This document shows, one piece after another, positions 30,297 through 39,294 of a stretch of DNA of 64,000 nt. Within the stretch, counting starts at the first letter, position 1; the number at the start of each line of letters is the position of its first letter. The notes under the pieces were generated by a model, which was given only the letters and a program-made list of their open reading frames with translations, had not been told where the DNA came from and did not search any database. The position numbers and the translations under genes are program-made. The DNA comes from a virus: the UHGV virus genome UHGV-0039337; one strand, given 5' to 3'.

Positions 30297-30566
30297 CTAT
30301 TTCCATGTTTTTGTTTCTGTATCATATAATAAGCTCATAGGCGCATCATTAATCTCTATTAAAGCCATAGCTATTTCATTGTATAAATTAAAACTTAGTA
30401 TTGTAGCTTTCTTTTCTTCACATTGTTCTAGTAAGGTTTTTAGTTCTTCTGACATGTTATTCCTCCTCTTCTTCACTATCATCATCATTGAAAACACATA
30501 TATAGCAATCTGATTCTTCACATTCTTCGGTTCTAAATAGACAAGAATAAAAATCCATAATATCAT
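30297..30566 (-). CDS. hypothetical protein (89 aa)
   Basis: ORF. Confidence 0.4.
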   Translation of the reverse strand: MILWIFILVYLEPKNVKNQIAIYVFSMMMIVKKRRNNMSEELKTLLEQCEEKKATILSFNLYNEIAMALIEINDAPMSLLYDTETKTWK

Positions 30567-30790
30567 CTCCTATTTTTAATATTAAGAACATTTCTTTTTT
30601 GTTCTTCAGATAATGATTCATAACATGGTTGTTTATATCCTAATTCTTCTTCTAGACCATTAATAATATCGTATGCGTCAAATATTATATCTTTTAATAT
30701 TAACATATTTTTATCTTCTGAGGTTATTATTTTACTAGCTTCTTCATTTGATAATCCATAATGTATTAAACAGTCTTTTAACCAATCCAT
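30563..30790 (-). CDS. hypothetical protein (75 aa)
   Basis: ORF. Confidence 0.4.
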   Translation of the reverse strand: MDWLKDCLIHYGLSNEEASKIITSEDKNMLILKDIIFDAYDIINGLEEELGYKQPCYESLSEEQKRNVLNIKNRR

Positions 30791-30859
30791 AATATACCTC
30801 CTTAATTTTTATAGCTTTGCAAGAGTTATACATTACAATTATGCAAAGCTATAATTTTC

Positions 30860-31294
30860 TTAATAAGAAAGATTCTTGAAATTGTTTTCTATTCTTTTCG
30901 CTAAGCTTTGTAAATCAGTTTCTTCTTTTTTATTTTTATTTTGTCGCAAGTCTTTATTGTAACAAATAATCCAGCTATTTTCTCCATCATAATATTCAAC
31001 TTCTGTTAATAACACATTATCTTCATATGCCATTTCTTGGTTATATTCAGTTGTATGTGTATTAGCTAAACTAACAAATATTATAGCATTATATATTAAG
31101 TGTACTTCAATTGTAATTTCAGGATATATATATTCATTATCTATTCCATTAGTATAAAATGAACGATAGAAAAGTGTCTCTGGATAACCATCATAAAATG
31201 AATAATGAATAGTGTTAAATAAACTTTTAATGTTTATTTCTGTAGTATGATGACATAATTCTTTAAATAGTTCTAATGTATCATATATATTCAT
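30860..31294 (-). CDS. PINLKSL-family protein
   Basis: N-terminal LFKELCHHTTEINIKSLFNTI. Confidence 0.5.
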   Translation of the reverse strand: MNIYDTLELFKELCHHTTEINIKSLFNTIHYSFYDGYPETLFYRSFYTNGIDNEYIYPEITIEVHLIYNAIIFVSLANTHTTEYNQEMAYEDNVLLTEVEYYDGENSWIICYNKDLRQNKNKKEETDLQSLAKRIENNFKNLSY

Positions 31295-31302
31295 ATTGTC
31301 AC

Positions 31303-31338
31303 CTCAAATAAAATGAGGGCTAAAATTAATTGGCCCTC
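31303..31338 (-). terminator. rho-independent terminator (after gene 31349..31606)
   Basis: GAGGGC-12 nt-GCCCTC hairpin followed on the leftward strand by AUUUUAUUU. Confidence 0.5.
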
Positions 31339-31348
31339 TTTGTAATAT

Positions 31349-31606
31349 TTATTGCTCAAATAGGTCTATTGAGTAATTAGTCTTTTCAAGTTCTTCGAGT
31401 GCCGATAAATTAGCTTTTTCAAATATTTCTATTTCGGTACTTCCATGACTTCCACATTCTAATGTAACATTAGTATAAAAACCATTATTATCAAGATTAA
31501 AATAAAATGTATTATTATCTCTTATAAGATAATAGCAATTACTACCTTGTTTGTATCCTTTATTTATTAATAAATATTCTAATCCCATAGTAATGTTGTC
31601 CTCCAA
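31349..31606 (-). CDS. hypothetical protein (85 aa)
   Basis: ORF. Confidence 0.4.
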   Translation of the reverse strand: MEDNITMGLEYLLINKGYKQGSNCYYLIRDNNTFYFNLDNNGFYTNVTLECGSHGSTEIEIFEKANLSALEELEKTNYSIDLFEQ

Positions 31607-31627
31607 ATAATTTTACTATTAAAGCGT

Positions 31628-31888
31628 CTACTTATTTTTGTAATCTTGTATTATTTTGAATCTTTTATGTTTATCTATTATTTCGTTTTTGTACCAAAAA
31701 TCTATTATTGCTTCTTCATTATCAATCATAAATGCATAGTCGCATATATCGTAACTACAATATATCTTTTTATATGCTTTACCATTTGGTATATCTTTTG
31801 CCTTTCTTACTTTCTTATTGGCACATTTTTTATTGTATTTGTCATTTTTTTCTTTTGCTACTAAATTCTTTTTATAACTTCTACTCAT
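31628..31888 (-). CDS. hypothetical basic protein (86 aa)
   Basis: ORF. Confidence 0.4.
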   Translation of the reverse strand: MSRSYKKNLVAKEKNDKYNKKCANKKVRKAKDIPNGKAYKKIYCSYDICDYAFMIDNEEAIIDFWYKNEIIDKHKRFKIIQDYKNK

Positions 31889-31979
31889 AATTTGAGCCTC
31901 CTTGTAATAATATTTAATTACAAGGCACTTTTGTAATAATATGTTAACATTATATTTCCTCCTTACAATTTAAAAATAT

Positions 31980-32384
31980 TTATTCTCTCATAATTTTACG
32001 AATAGTTTTTGTATTATTCTTTTCAAATACACTACTAGAATAGTATTTATTAATAAATATTGCACTTCTTAAACCCTTAGATGTTTTTAACGTTATTTTT
32101 GTTATTACAACATTTTCATCATTATGGTAATATTTATTATCAAAGTATTCGAAACAAACATCTTTTATATATGGCACAAAATATACTGTATATTCTGTTT
32201 GTTCAAATTCAAATATAAGAAAGCCTCCTTTTGTACAAAAATTACTTTCTCCAACAAATGCTCCATAATCTGCTAACATTTCGCTTTCTTCTGTAATGTT
32301 GCTAAGACTATTTTTTAAACTACCAAGATTAATTGGTACGCATTCTTCTGCTAATTGCGTTAATTCCTCTATTAAATTTTCCAT
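31980..32384 (-). CDS. PINLGSL-family protein
   Basis: N-terminal LTQLAEECVPINLGSLKNSL. Confidence 0.5.
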   Translation of the reverse strand: MENLIEELTQLAEECVPINLGSLKNSLSNITEESEMLADYGAFVGESNFCTKGGFLIFEFEQTEYTVYFVPYIKDVCFEYFDNKYYHNDENVVITKITLKTSKGLRSAIFINKYYSSSVFEKNNTKTIRKIMRE

Positions 32385-32437
32385 AACATAACCTCTTTTC
32401 TATTAAGTTTTTAAATTTTATAGATTTATTATTGTTT

Positions 32438-33022
32438 TTATTTATTATAACATTCGTTGCATATAATGTGTAAATTATCATCAGTGAAATAATATTTATC
32501 ATTATCATATATAGGTTTATAACATCTGTAACATTCGCCTACTTGTTCGTGACAACCACACCAATATTCTAAACCCATTCCATCACTTATATCTGTCATT
32601 TCACTTTTTAATTTAAGTTTGCCACATTTACTACATCTATCATATTTTTTTCTTTCTGTTTCTTCTTTTTCATATTTTTGTTTATTTTTTTCATATGAAG
32701 CTATTAACTTTTTGTTATTTGTATTATATAAACATTCTTCATTACAATATGCACCAGAATTAGTAACGATTACATCATCTGGTATTGGTGAATTGTAATA
32801 GAATAATTGTTTACCACAATATTCACAATAATAAGTTTTACTATAATACTTTTGTTTATTGTTACTACATCCAGTATTAAAACTAGAACATACTATTAAT
32901 AGTGCTATAATTATACCTTTCATTTTTATCACCTCTTCTTTTGTTAATTTAATTGTATTACCATGCTTTGGGTAATGATAAAATCTATTCAATTCTATTT
33001 TTTCTCCATCTGGTGTTATCAT
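32438..33022 (-). CDS. lipoprotein with multiple zinc-ribbon CxxC pairs
   Basis: Signal peptide plus lipobox-like FNTGC; CEYCG, CNEEC, CSKCG, CGCH, CYRCY, CNECY. Confidence 0.5.
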   Translation of the reverse strand: MITPDGEKIELNRFYHYPKHGNTIKLTKEEVIKMKGIIIALLIVCSSFNTGCSNNKQKYYSKTYYCEYCGKQLFYYNSPIPDDVIVTNSGAYCNEECLYNTNNKKLIASYEKNKQKYEKEETERKKYDRCSKCGKLKLKSEMTDISDGMGLEYWCGCHEQVGECYRCYKPIYDNDKYYFTDDNLHIICNECYNK

Positions 33023-33064
33023 ATAATAGAATGCTTCACAATCAAAATCCTCTCAAATGATATT

Positions 33065-33331
33065 TTATTCAGAGGTGATTTCAGTTATTGTATACCATTC
33101 GATCAACTCTCTTTTAATACCCATAAAACCAAACACTATTATGTCTTCTTTGTTTTCTATCCTTTGAGTTATAACTTCAGGCATGTCTATTACTTGGTTT
33201 CCTTCTATTTTAATATATTCTCCAGTTGTTAACTTTACCGTTAATATATATTCTTTAGTGTTTTTATATTCGTATTCTTCCATATTATTTCTCCTAATAA
33301 TAAATTTTATTTTCTTTAACAATATCAACAT
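33065..33331 (-). CDS. hypothetical protein (88 aa)
   Basis: ORF. Confidence 0.4.
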   Translation of the reverse strand: MLILLKKIKFIIRRNNMEEYEYKNTKEYILTVKLTTGEYIKIEGNQVIDMPEVITQRIENKEDIIVFGFMGIKRELIEWYTITEITSE

Positions 33332-33731
33332 TTTCTATAATACTATAATCTTTTGTTTTTCTTTTATCAATTTTCCAATTGATATAATAAATATTATTAT
33401 AATATATACAATCAAATAATCCACATGCTATTCTGATAATATATATATTATCGTTATCGTCTATTTTTAAATCTTTTTTATTGAATGCTACAAAATATAG
33501 TGTATATATTATATCTTCGTCATTTTCATCTCTAAAGTCTATCCATCCTCTAACACTTTTATTTTTATCAAGTGTATAATTAGGATATTCTATTTCTTCA
33601 TATTGTTTTGATTTTTTATCTAAATTTACACTATTAATCAGGCTGCCTAAATTAATAGGAGTCTGGTTAGCAGCTAATTCAATTAAGTATTCTAACATTT
33701 TAAATGTTGTTTCTTTATTTTTCATACACAA
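33294..33731 (-). CDS. PINLGSL-family protein
   Basis: LIELAANQTPINLGSLINSV; the track start is a TTG, and the ATG two codons later has AAGGAG upstream. Confidence 0.5.
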   Translation of the reverse strand: MCMKNKETTFKMLEYLIELAANQTPINLGSLINSVNLDKKSKQYEEIEYPNYTLDKNKSVRGWIDFRDENDEDIIYTLYFVAFNKKDLKIDDNDNIYIIRIACGLFDCIYYNNIYYINWKIDKRKTKDYSIIENVDIVKENKIYY

Positions 33732-33817
33732 AATTCTCCTTAAAAATAAAGTAATAAAAAATGCCTCTTAAAAGCTATATATAGAAGAGACATTAATTTA
33801 TTATAAGTATTGTATTT

Positions 33818-34180
33818 TTATACATCATACAATAATTGCATACCTATATATATAAATAAGCATGAACAACGTTTTAGTAATCCATTATATGATTGTATTT
33901 CATTTATTTTGCATTCTGCTTCGCAAGAGTATCCTGATTTATTAGTGCAATAATTATTTTCTAATATTTCTTTCTGTTTATTTATATACATAATAATTTC
34001 TTCATTATTTCCTAATAATTTAGTAGCTAAATAAAGCGCATCACATGGCATACTAATGTTATATTTTTCTTGATTTTTTTTTATTTTACAATTTCTACAA
34101 GGTGTATTGTGATTGCATAACGTAGCATAGAATTCCTGTAATTCTTTATATAAGATATTAGCAAGTTCTTTTTCGGACAT
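33818..34180 (-). CDS. Cys-rich small protein, paralog 1 of 3
   Basis: Shares C..C.I.K....YNI and LYL..KLLG motifs with 34774..35094 and 35190..35525. Confidence 0.45.
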   Translation of the reverse strand: MSEKELANILYKELQEFYATLCNHNTPCRNCKIKKNQEKYNISMPCDALYLATKLLGNNEEIIMYINKQKEILENNYCTNKSGYSCEAECKINEIQSYNGLLKRCSCLFIYIGMQLLYDV

Positions 34181-34228
34181 GTTAAAACTCCTTTCAATAT
34201 ATTTTCTATTTTAGTTTAATAATATTAA

Positions 34229-34819
34229 TTATATTTTTCTCATAATCATTTTAATCGCTTTAAATACAACTATACCTACTATTAAATTAATTACTATAGC
34301 TGGAAGTACAACTGATGCATATAATATAGTTAAATTCATATTTCCTGGAAGACCTACTAATATTTGTGCTGATGTTAAAAATACAAAACCACTAATCGCA
34401 GTACCAATAATCATTAATATATTTGAAACAACTAAATCTTGATTCTTTTGTGACAATTTTTTCATAAAAGGAAGCTTATATATAAACATCATAATTACAA
34501 AAATTAAATTCGTTGTAATAAATTTGTCTATAACATTTGGTACTTGACCTCCTGGAAATGAAGTTGTTATGGCTGAAAATATACCAACTACTATTCCACA
34601 TGCTAAGCAAGTTTTATAACTATCTTTATTTAATATCATAACTGTAAACAACATTATTAAAGTCATATCAGGTTTTACACCAAATATAGCAGGTTCAATC
34701 TGGTGTAAAACTAAACCTATTCCTAAAAGGACTGAATTTAAAACTAATTTTTTCGTATTCATTTTAATCTCTCCTATATTTCTCTTAATATTCTTTCTCC
34801 TATATAACAAAATAAGCAA
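34229..34819 (-). CDS. polytopic membrane protein (ECF-transporter S-component-like)
   Basis: 196 aa, 5-6 TM helices, small-residue-rich helices as in ECF substrate-capture components; homology not demonstrable by eye. Confidence 0.35.
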   Translation of the reverse strand: MLILLYRRKNIKRNIGEIKMNTKKLVLNSVLLGIGLVLHQIEPAIFGVKPDMTLIMLFTVMILNKDSYKTCLACGIVVGIFSAITTSFPGGQVPNVIDKFITTNLIFVIMMFIYKLPFMKKLSQKNQDLVVSNILMIIGTAISGFVFLTSAQILVGLPGNMNLTILYASVVLPAIVINLIVGIVVFKAIKMIMRKI

Positions 34820-35094
34820 GGCATAAAACCATATTTCTTAATTTTGTCACAATCAGCACATAGATTATTGCATGTTTTCTTCCATTCATTTAACTGGTTT
34901 AAATAATAGTTTATAGTATATTGATTTGCTCCAAATGTTTTCATTAATAGATATAATGTAGTACAATATATGTTATCTTCCGGTATGTTATATTCATTTG
35001 CAAATTTTTGTATATTACATACATTACAATTTCCATTTATTCCATTACAATAAGCTCTAGCTTCTTTGGCTATTTCTTCTAATATTTGTTTCAT
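34774..35094 (-). CDS. Cys-rich small protein, paralog 2 of 3
   Basis: See 33818..34180. Confidence 0.45.
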   Translation of the reverse strand: MKQILEEIAKEARAYCNGINGNCNVCNIQKFANEYNIPEDNIYCTTLYLLMKTFGANQYTINYYLNQLNEWKKTCNNLCADCDKIKKYGFMPCLFCYIGERILREI

Positions 35095-35189
35095 GTAATC
35101 ACTCCTTATTTATATAAAACCCAAGCCAGGCGGAGGGCAAAGCCCATATGCCAGCGCAGCGCTAATAGGGGCGTAAATAAAAATGTCTT

Positions 35190-35525
35190 TTATATTTCTT
35201 TACATAAATTATTTGCTACAAAACAAGTAAAACATAACATCTTATTACTTAAATCTTTATTAATACATACACTACAATGATCAATATCAATATTATCAAT
35301 CCATAATTTATATTGTTCTTTATAGTATTGAACAGAACCTTCACTTATACCTAATAAACACATTATAATGTATATAGTCTTACAGTTTGCATTATAACTT
35401 ATGTTATATTCTTTTTCAATCTTTGTTATAATACAGTCTTCACATATACCACTATACATATTTATACACATGTCATCTAGTTTATCACATAGTCCGTATA
35501 TCATGTTTATATCTTCTATGGTCAT
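35190..35525 (-). CDS. Cys-rich small protein, paralog 3 of 3
   Basis: See 33818..34180. Confidence 0.45.
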   Translation of the reverse strand: MTIEDINMIYGLCDKLDDMCINMYSGICEDCIITKIEKEYNISYNANCKTIYIIMCLLGISEGSVQYYKEQYKLWIDNIDIDHCSVCINKDLSNKMLCFTCFVANNLCKEI

Positions 35526-35544
35526 ATATTAATTCTCCTTTATA

Positions 35545-36144
35545 TTATCTTTCAAAACCACATGAATTACATGTACCCATATAAAACAATAGGTTTTCAT
35601 CTTTTAGATTATAATGTTCAATATAAGAATAAGCACCACAATTAGGACATTTAATATTTTTAATATGAACTATATTAGGATCAGGATCCATATCATTCTT
35701 AATATCACCAATAGGTGTTATTGTATTGTTACTACTATCGTTATTATTATCATTGTTACTAGAACTATTATTTTCTGTATTATAATCATTATATTCTCTA
35801 CATTCTTCTCTGTTGTTTTCATCTGCTATTGTTTCTTCTGTTTCATATACTTCTTCGTTATCATTGGCCTCTTCTTCAACTTCGTTATTATCAGATACAA
35901 TATCATTATCATCTGTATCAGTATTATAACTATTTATTATATTGTTGTTAATAGTAGTACTGTTATCATAATATTTATTGTTATAATTATTATTAATTAC
36001 TGTAGTGTTTTTATTATCGCTTTCATTAATAGCCTTTTCTAATCTATCTGTTGATTCATTTGTTACATTACTTCCTACTAATGTACACAGCAATAAGATA
36101 AATATAATTGCTGCTACACAAGATATAAAGAACTTATTTCTCAT
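35545..36144 (-). CDS. N-terminally anchored, N/D-rich low-complexity protein with a C-terminal zinc ribbon
   Basis: TM at the N-terminus; CPNCG...CNSCG. Confidence 0.45.
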   Translation of the reverse strand: MRNKFFISCVAAIIFILLLCTLVGSNVTNESTDRLEKAINESDNKNTTVINNNYNNKYYDNSTTINNNIINSYNTDTDDNDIVSDNNEVEEEANDNEEVYETEETIADENNREECREYNDYNTENNSSSNNDNNNDSSNNTITPIGDIKNDMDPDPNIVHIKNIKCPNCGAYSYIEHYNLKDENLLFYMGTCNSCGFER

Positions 36145-36157
36145 AAAAATACACTCC

Positions 36158-36469
36158 CTATTTATTTATGAGCTCATCAAGCTTATCTAATATTTCTATA
36201 TCTAGTCTCTGCTTTTTTTCAAGCTCATTACGTAATTGGGTCAACTTCTCTTTAACCATATCTTCTGATACATTATCTGTAGTTTTACTATTATTGTTAT
36301 TATTATATATATGTATCTCTGGTTGTTTAGATTCAATAGTATTAGAGGACGATTTCTCGTCCCCTTTACTTACTACAACTAAAGCACATATACATATTAT
36401 AAATGCTATAGATAATATTAAAGACTCTATTAACATATGTGTATTCACATCCTTATTCAAGCTCTTCAT
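36158..36469 (-). CDS. membrane-anchored coiled-coil protein (103 aa)
   Basis: TM plus C-terminal heptads. Confidence 0.4.
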   Translation of the reverse strand: MKSLNKDVNTHMLIESLILSIAFIICICALVVVSKGDEKSSSNTIESKQPEIHIYNNNNNSKTTDNVSEDMVKEKLTQLRNELEKKQRLDIEILDKLDELINK

Positions 36470-36908
36470 CTATAGATTCTTTTAATAGTGTATTTATCTT
36501 TTCTTTAAATTCTTCTTCTGTTATTGCGCCTCTTCTAAAATCATATCTAAGCTTATTTAATGCACTAGTCATCTTTTGAGTAAAGTTCATAGTATCATCT
36601 GTATTATCTATTGTTTCAACTGAAGTATTTACTGTCTTCTTATCTTTTTTAAATAGTCTACCAATAGCTTCTGTAAGTGTTTTCTTTTTATTGTATTCGG
36701 CCTCTAATGTCTCACATTCTTTTTCTAATGTTTCTTTTCGTAAATATTCTTGTCTCATAAGTTCTTGTAATGCAATAATATTGTTCTCTGTATCTTCTAT
36801 GTCTGCTTTCTTTTGTGCTATTTTATTTAATAGCCCTTTGCTTACTTCTACATTTCTTTCAGTTTGTTTTTCTAATGCTTTTTTATCATTTTCAAAATTT
36901 ACTATCAT
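36453..36908 (-). CDS. coiled-coil protein; start revised to the internal ATG
   Basis: The late-type motif plus AAGGAG lies inside the track's extended N-terminus, and the ATG at 36908 has 8-nt spacing to it. Confidence 0.45.
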   Translation of the reverse strand: MIVNFENDKKALEKQTERNVEVSKGLLNKIAQKKADIEDTENNIIALQELMRQEYLRKETLEKECETLEAEYNKKKTLTEAIGRLFKKDKKTVNTSVETIDNTDDTMNFTQKMTSALNKLRYDFRRGAITEEEFKEKINTLLKESIDEELE

Positions 36909-36916
36909 ACTCATAT

Positions 36917-36947
36917 CTCCTTGTTTAAAGTCCATAAGACTGTTATT
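36917..36947 (-). promoter_or_regulatory. late-promoter-like motif, instance 1 (CAGTCTTATGGACTTTAAACAAGGAG)
   Basis: ATAGTC-like half, N4, GACTTTAAA, then an RBS and ATG. Confidence 0.45.
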
Positions 36948-37036
36948 TATTTAAGCCCGGTAATCCCAGGGTAAAGCTCTCCACAGAAGTCGCAGTGTGC
37001 GCGCGAATAAACCTTTTTACCTATTATTTGTTACAT

Positions 37037-37063
37037 AAAAAAAAGAGCGCTATTAAAACGCTC
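37037..37063 (-). terminator. rho-independent terminator for gene 37074..37778
   Basis: GAGCG-9 nt-CGCTC stem followed by U8 on the leftward strand. Confidence 0.55.
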
Positions 37064-37073
37064 ATATATTATT

Positions 37074-37778
37074 CTATTGATCGTCTGTTAATACTTTATT
37101 GTTATTATCGCTATTATCATTTGCTTCTTCATTATCGTTTACATCTTCGTTATTGTTTGTATTTTCTTCGCTATCGCTATTACTATTATCATCATCGTTA
37201 TTTAAAGCACTATAACAGATCCAACAGTAAGGATAACAGTTATCATCGTAATAAGCACTGGCGCCACAATTACAACATTTATAATCGTATTCTTCTTCTT
37301 CATTATTATCTTCTTCTTCATTTTCACTACCAGGATAACCACAATAAGGACAACCATATATATCAGGATCATCAATTAATCCATATCTATTACATTGAGG
37401 GCAAGTATAAGCATCAACATGACATGTTCTATGATGTATAGTACCATCACATTCACACATTTCACGGCCACTTACTCTTTTACCACATATACTACATATA
37501 TTATTGTATGTATCGTCGTCGCTTCGCTCCTCCTCCTCTTCTTTCTTCTTTGTCTTATCAGTAGATTTCTCTTCAGTATTATTATTAGTATTATGTTTCT
37601 TACTACTATCACGTTTAATTTTCTTTTGTTCTTTATATTTCTTATATACTATATTATTCTTATGTATAGCATCATTATCATTATCGTTAGCAAATAACAT
37701 ATATCCTGCCATAAATGCTCCAATGCATAATATAGTTATTAATATTAATGCTAGTATTGCTTTTAATAGTTTTCTCAT
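37074..37778 (-). CDS. N-terminally anchored low-complexity protein with multiple zinc-ribbon motifs
   Basis: TM at the N-terminus; K/E/D/N-rich; CSICG, CPQCN, CPYCG, CCNCG, CWICY. Confidence 0.45.
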   Translation of the reverse strand: MRKLLKAILALILITILCIGAFMAGYMLFANDNDNDAIHKNNIVYKKYKEQKKIKRDSSKKHNTNNNTEEKSTDKTKKKEEEEERSDDDTYNNICSICGKRVSGREMCECDGTIHHRTCHVDAYTCPQCNRYGLIDDPDIYGCPYCGYPGSENEEEDNNEEEEYDYKCCNCGASAYYDDNCYPYCWICYSALNNDDDNSNSDSEENTNNNEDVNDNEEANDNSDNNNKVLTDDQ

Positions 37779-38265
37779 AAATATTCCTCCCCCGTTATAT
37801 TCATTTAAAACTCGTTATTTCGAAGTATTTCTTGTATTATTCGTTATAAAGCTTATTTACTGCGTATTATTATTTGTACTAGCTATTTAATGCGTATGTG
37901 ATATATATATTAAAGATATTGAAAAACTGTGATATATAACCATTTATTATTGTTTAATGCATGTTTTTACAAAACGAAGCATGTAATACATAGTTTATAT
38001 ATGTTATTATCTGTTTATTAGGTATATATTAGCTGCATAGAGTAGGTGCTGCTCCAAAAATTATTAATTTTTTACTGTTTTCACAAAACAATGCTTTGTT
38101 ATCATCATAAGTAACATATTTTTTTACTTATTCTGTGTGAAAATACTCAAAAGCAGTTCAAAACTTACTCTTTTTTACTGTTTTGGGTACAAGCACCTGT
38201 TATATAGCCTCGCTTCGCTCGGCTTACTCAGTCGCCGGGGCCCCTACCCCGGCTCCTTCGTCGCC

Positions 38266-38424
38266 TTATTCATCGTCATCATCATTTTCTGATACAGTCC
38301 CTCCAAATAGCCATCCTTTTGATTCTATAAAGTCAATAAATGCATCAGTAAACTCTTCTTCTGTTACATTTTTATTTATATTTTCACTGAATATAGTGCC
38401 ATTAATAGTTATTATTTTAGCCAT
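38266..38424 (-). CDS. small acidic protein (52 aa) missed by the 60-aa track threshold
   Basis: ATG with GGAGG 8 nt upstream and the recurrent late motif; MAKIITINGTIFSEN...DDDDE*; the 38183..38479 (+) track ORF is its antisense artefact. Confidence 0.55.
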   Translation of the reverse strand: MAKIITINGTIFSENINKNVTEEEFTDAFIDFIESKGWLFGGTVSENDDDDE

Positions 38425-38433
38425 AATCAAAAC

Positions 38434-38462
38434 CTCCACATTTAAAGTCCAAAGACTATTAT
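38434..38462 (-). promoter_or_regulatory. late-promoter-like motif, instance 2 (AATAGTCTTTGGACTTTAAATGTGGAGG)
   Basis: Same architecture, upstream of gene 38266..38424. Confidence 0.5.
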
Positions 38463-38547
38463 TTAGTGTTTTGCTTTAATATTTAAAGCTAAGGGTTTAT
38501 ATTTTCCATAGGGAAACACTTAAATCTTTTTGAAGTCACTTTATTTA

Positions 38548-38721
38548 TTAAAGTTGGCTGTATAATCTTATGTTCTCCATGTCTATTAATGATTCAACAC
38601 GTGCTAACTCTGATTCTAGTATTTCTATCCTTTCGGCCTTTTCGCCATTAGTTGTTGCTCTTAATATCATATCTTTAAGATCAGATCTTCTTATGAATAA
38701 ACTTTGTAATCTTTCACTCAT
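38548..38721 (-). CDS. small protein (57 aa); start revised to the ATG preceded by GGGGGAGGG
   Basis: Strong RBS 6 nt before the ATG at 38721; the track start at 38739 lies inside the RBS. Confidence 0.45.
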   Translation of the reverse strand: MSERLQSLFIRRSDLKDMILRATTNGEKAERIEILESELARVESLIDMENIRLYSQL

Positions 38722-38758
38722 AATGAGTCCCTCCCCCATAACACTATAATAAATACTA

Positions 38759-38971
38759 TTAGCTATCGTATTCCATATATTCTTCAGTTACTGAATAGAG
38801 ATGCCAATCTCCATTATTGTCTTTGTTGCATGATTCAAAAGTCATGTGTATTTGTATATTATCATAGTCGTTAACGATAGTTGCTACTGCTTTGTTGTCT
38901 TCAGGAAATACGTCAATAAAATCTGCTCTTACAGGCATTTCATCTTTCCAATATAGTTTCATATAAATCAC
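38759..38971 (-). CDS. hypothetical protein (70 aa)
   Basis: ORF, apparently translationally coupled in an operon. Confidence 0.45.
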   Translation of the reverse strand: MIYMKLYWKDEMPVRADFIDVFPEDNKAVATIVNDYDNIQIHMTFESCNKDNNGDWHLYSVTEEYMEYDS

Positions 38972-38982
38972 CGTTCCTTTCT

Positions 38983-39255
38983 TTATTGCATATACATGTC
39001 AAAGTATAAATCTTTTAATTCGTCATAAGCTTCTCTTACTAGATCAACTCCTGGGTTGTCTCCATATTCGTCTTCTAAGTCAAATGCTTCTGCAAAGCTG
39101 TTATTATTTATTTCTAGTAGACATTCAGTTGCGCCTATAATAAACTCTAATGTTGCACCTATGTCTATGTTGCTATTATTTGCGTCGTTATTTGTTAATG
39201 CATAGTCTAATTCCAATATAGTATTATATAATTCATTTTTAAATTTATTATCCAT
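38983..39255 (-). CDS. acidic hypothetical protein (90 aa)
   Basis: Preceded by the late motif and GGAGG. Confidence 0.5.
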   Translation of the reverse strand: MDNKFKNELYNTILELDYALTNNDANNSNIDIGATLEFIIGATECLLEINNNSFAEAFDLEDEYGDNPGVDLVREAYDELKDLYFDMYMQ

Positions 39256-39263
39256 AACATGAA

Positions 39264-39294
39264 CCTCCAGTTTAAAGTCACAAGGACTATTATA
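39264..39294 (-). promoter_or_regulatory. late-promoter-like motif, instance 3 (AATAGTCCTTGTGACTTTAAACTGGAGG)
   Basis: Upstream of gene 38983..39255. Confidence 0.5.

Noticed and set aside
38183-38479. 98-aa plus-strand ORF called in the track
   Set aside because: It is antisense to a well-supported small leftward gene (GGAGG RBS plus late motif). Its Ala/Pro/Ser-rich translation comes from the GC hairpin GCCGGGG-N6-CCCCGGC. No RBS.
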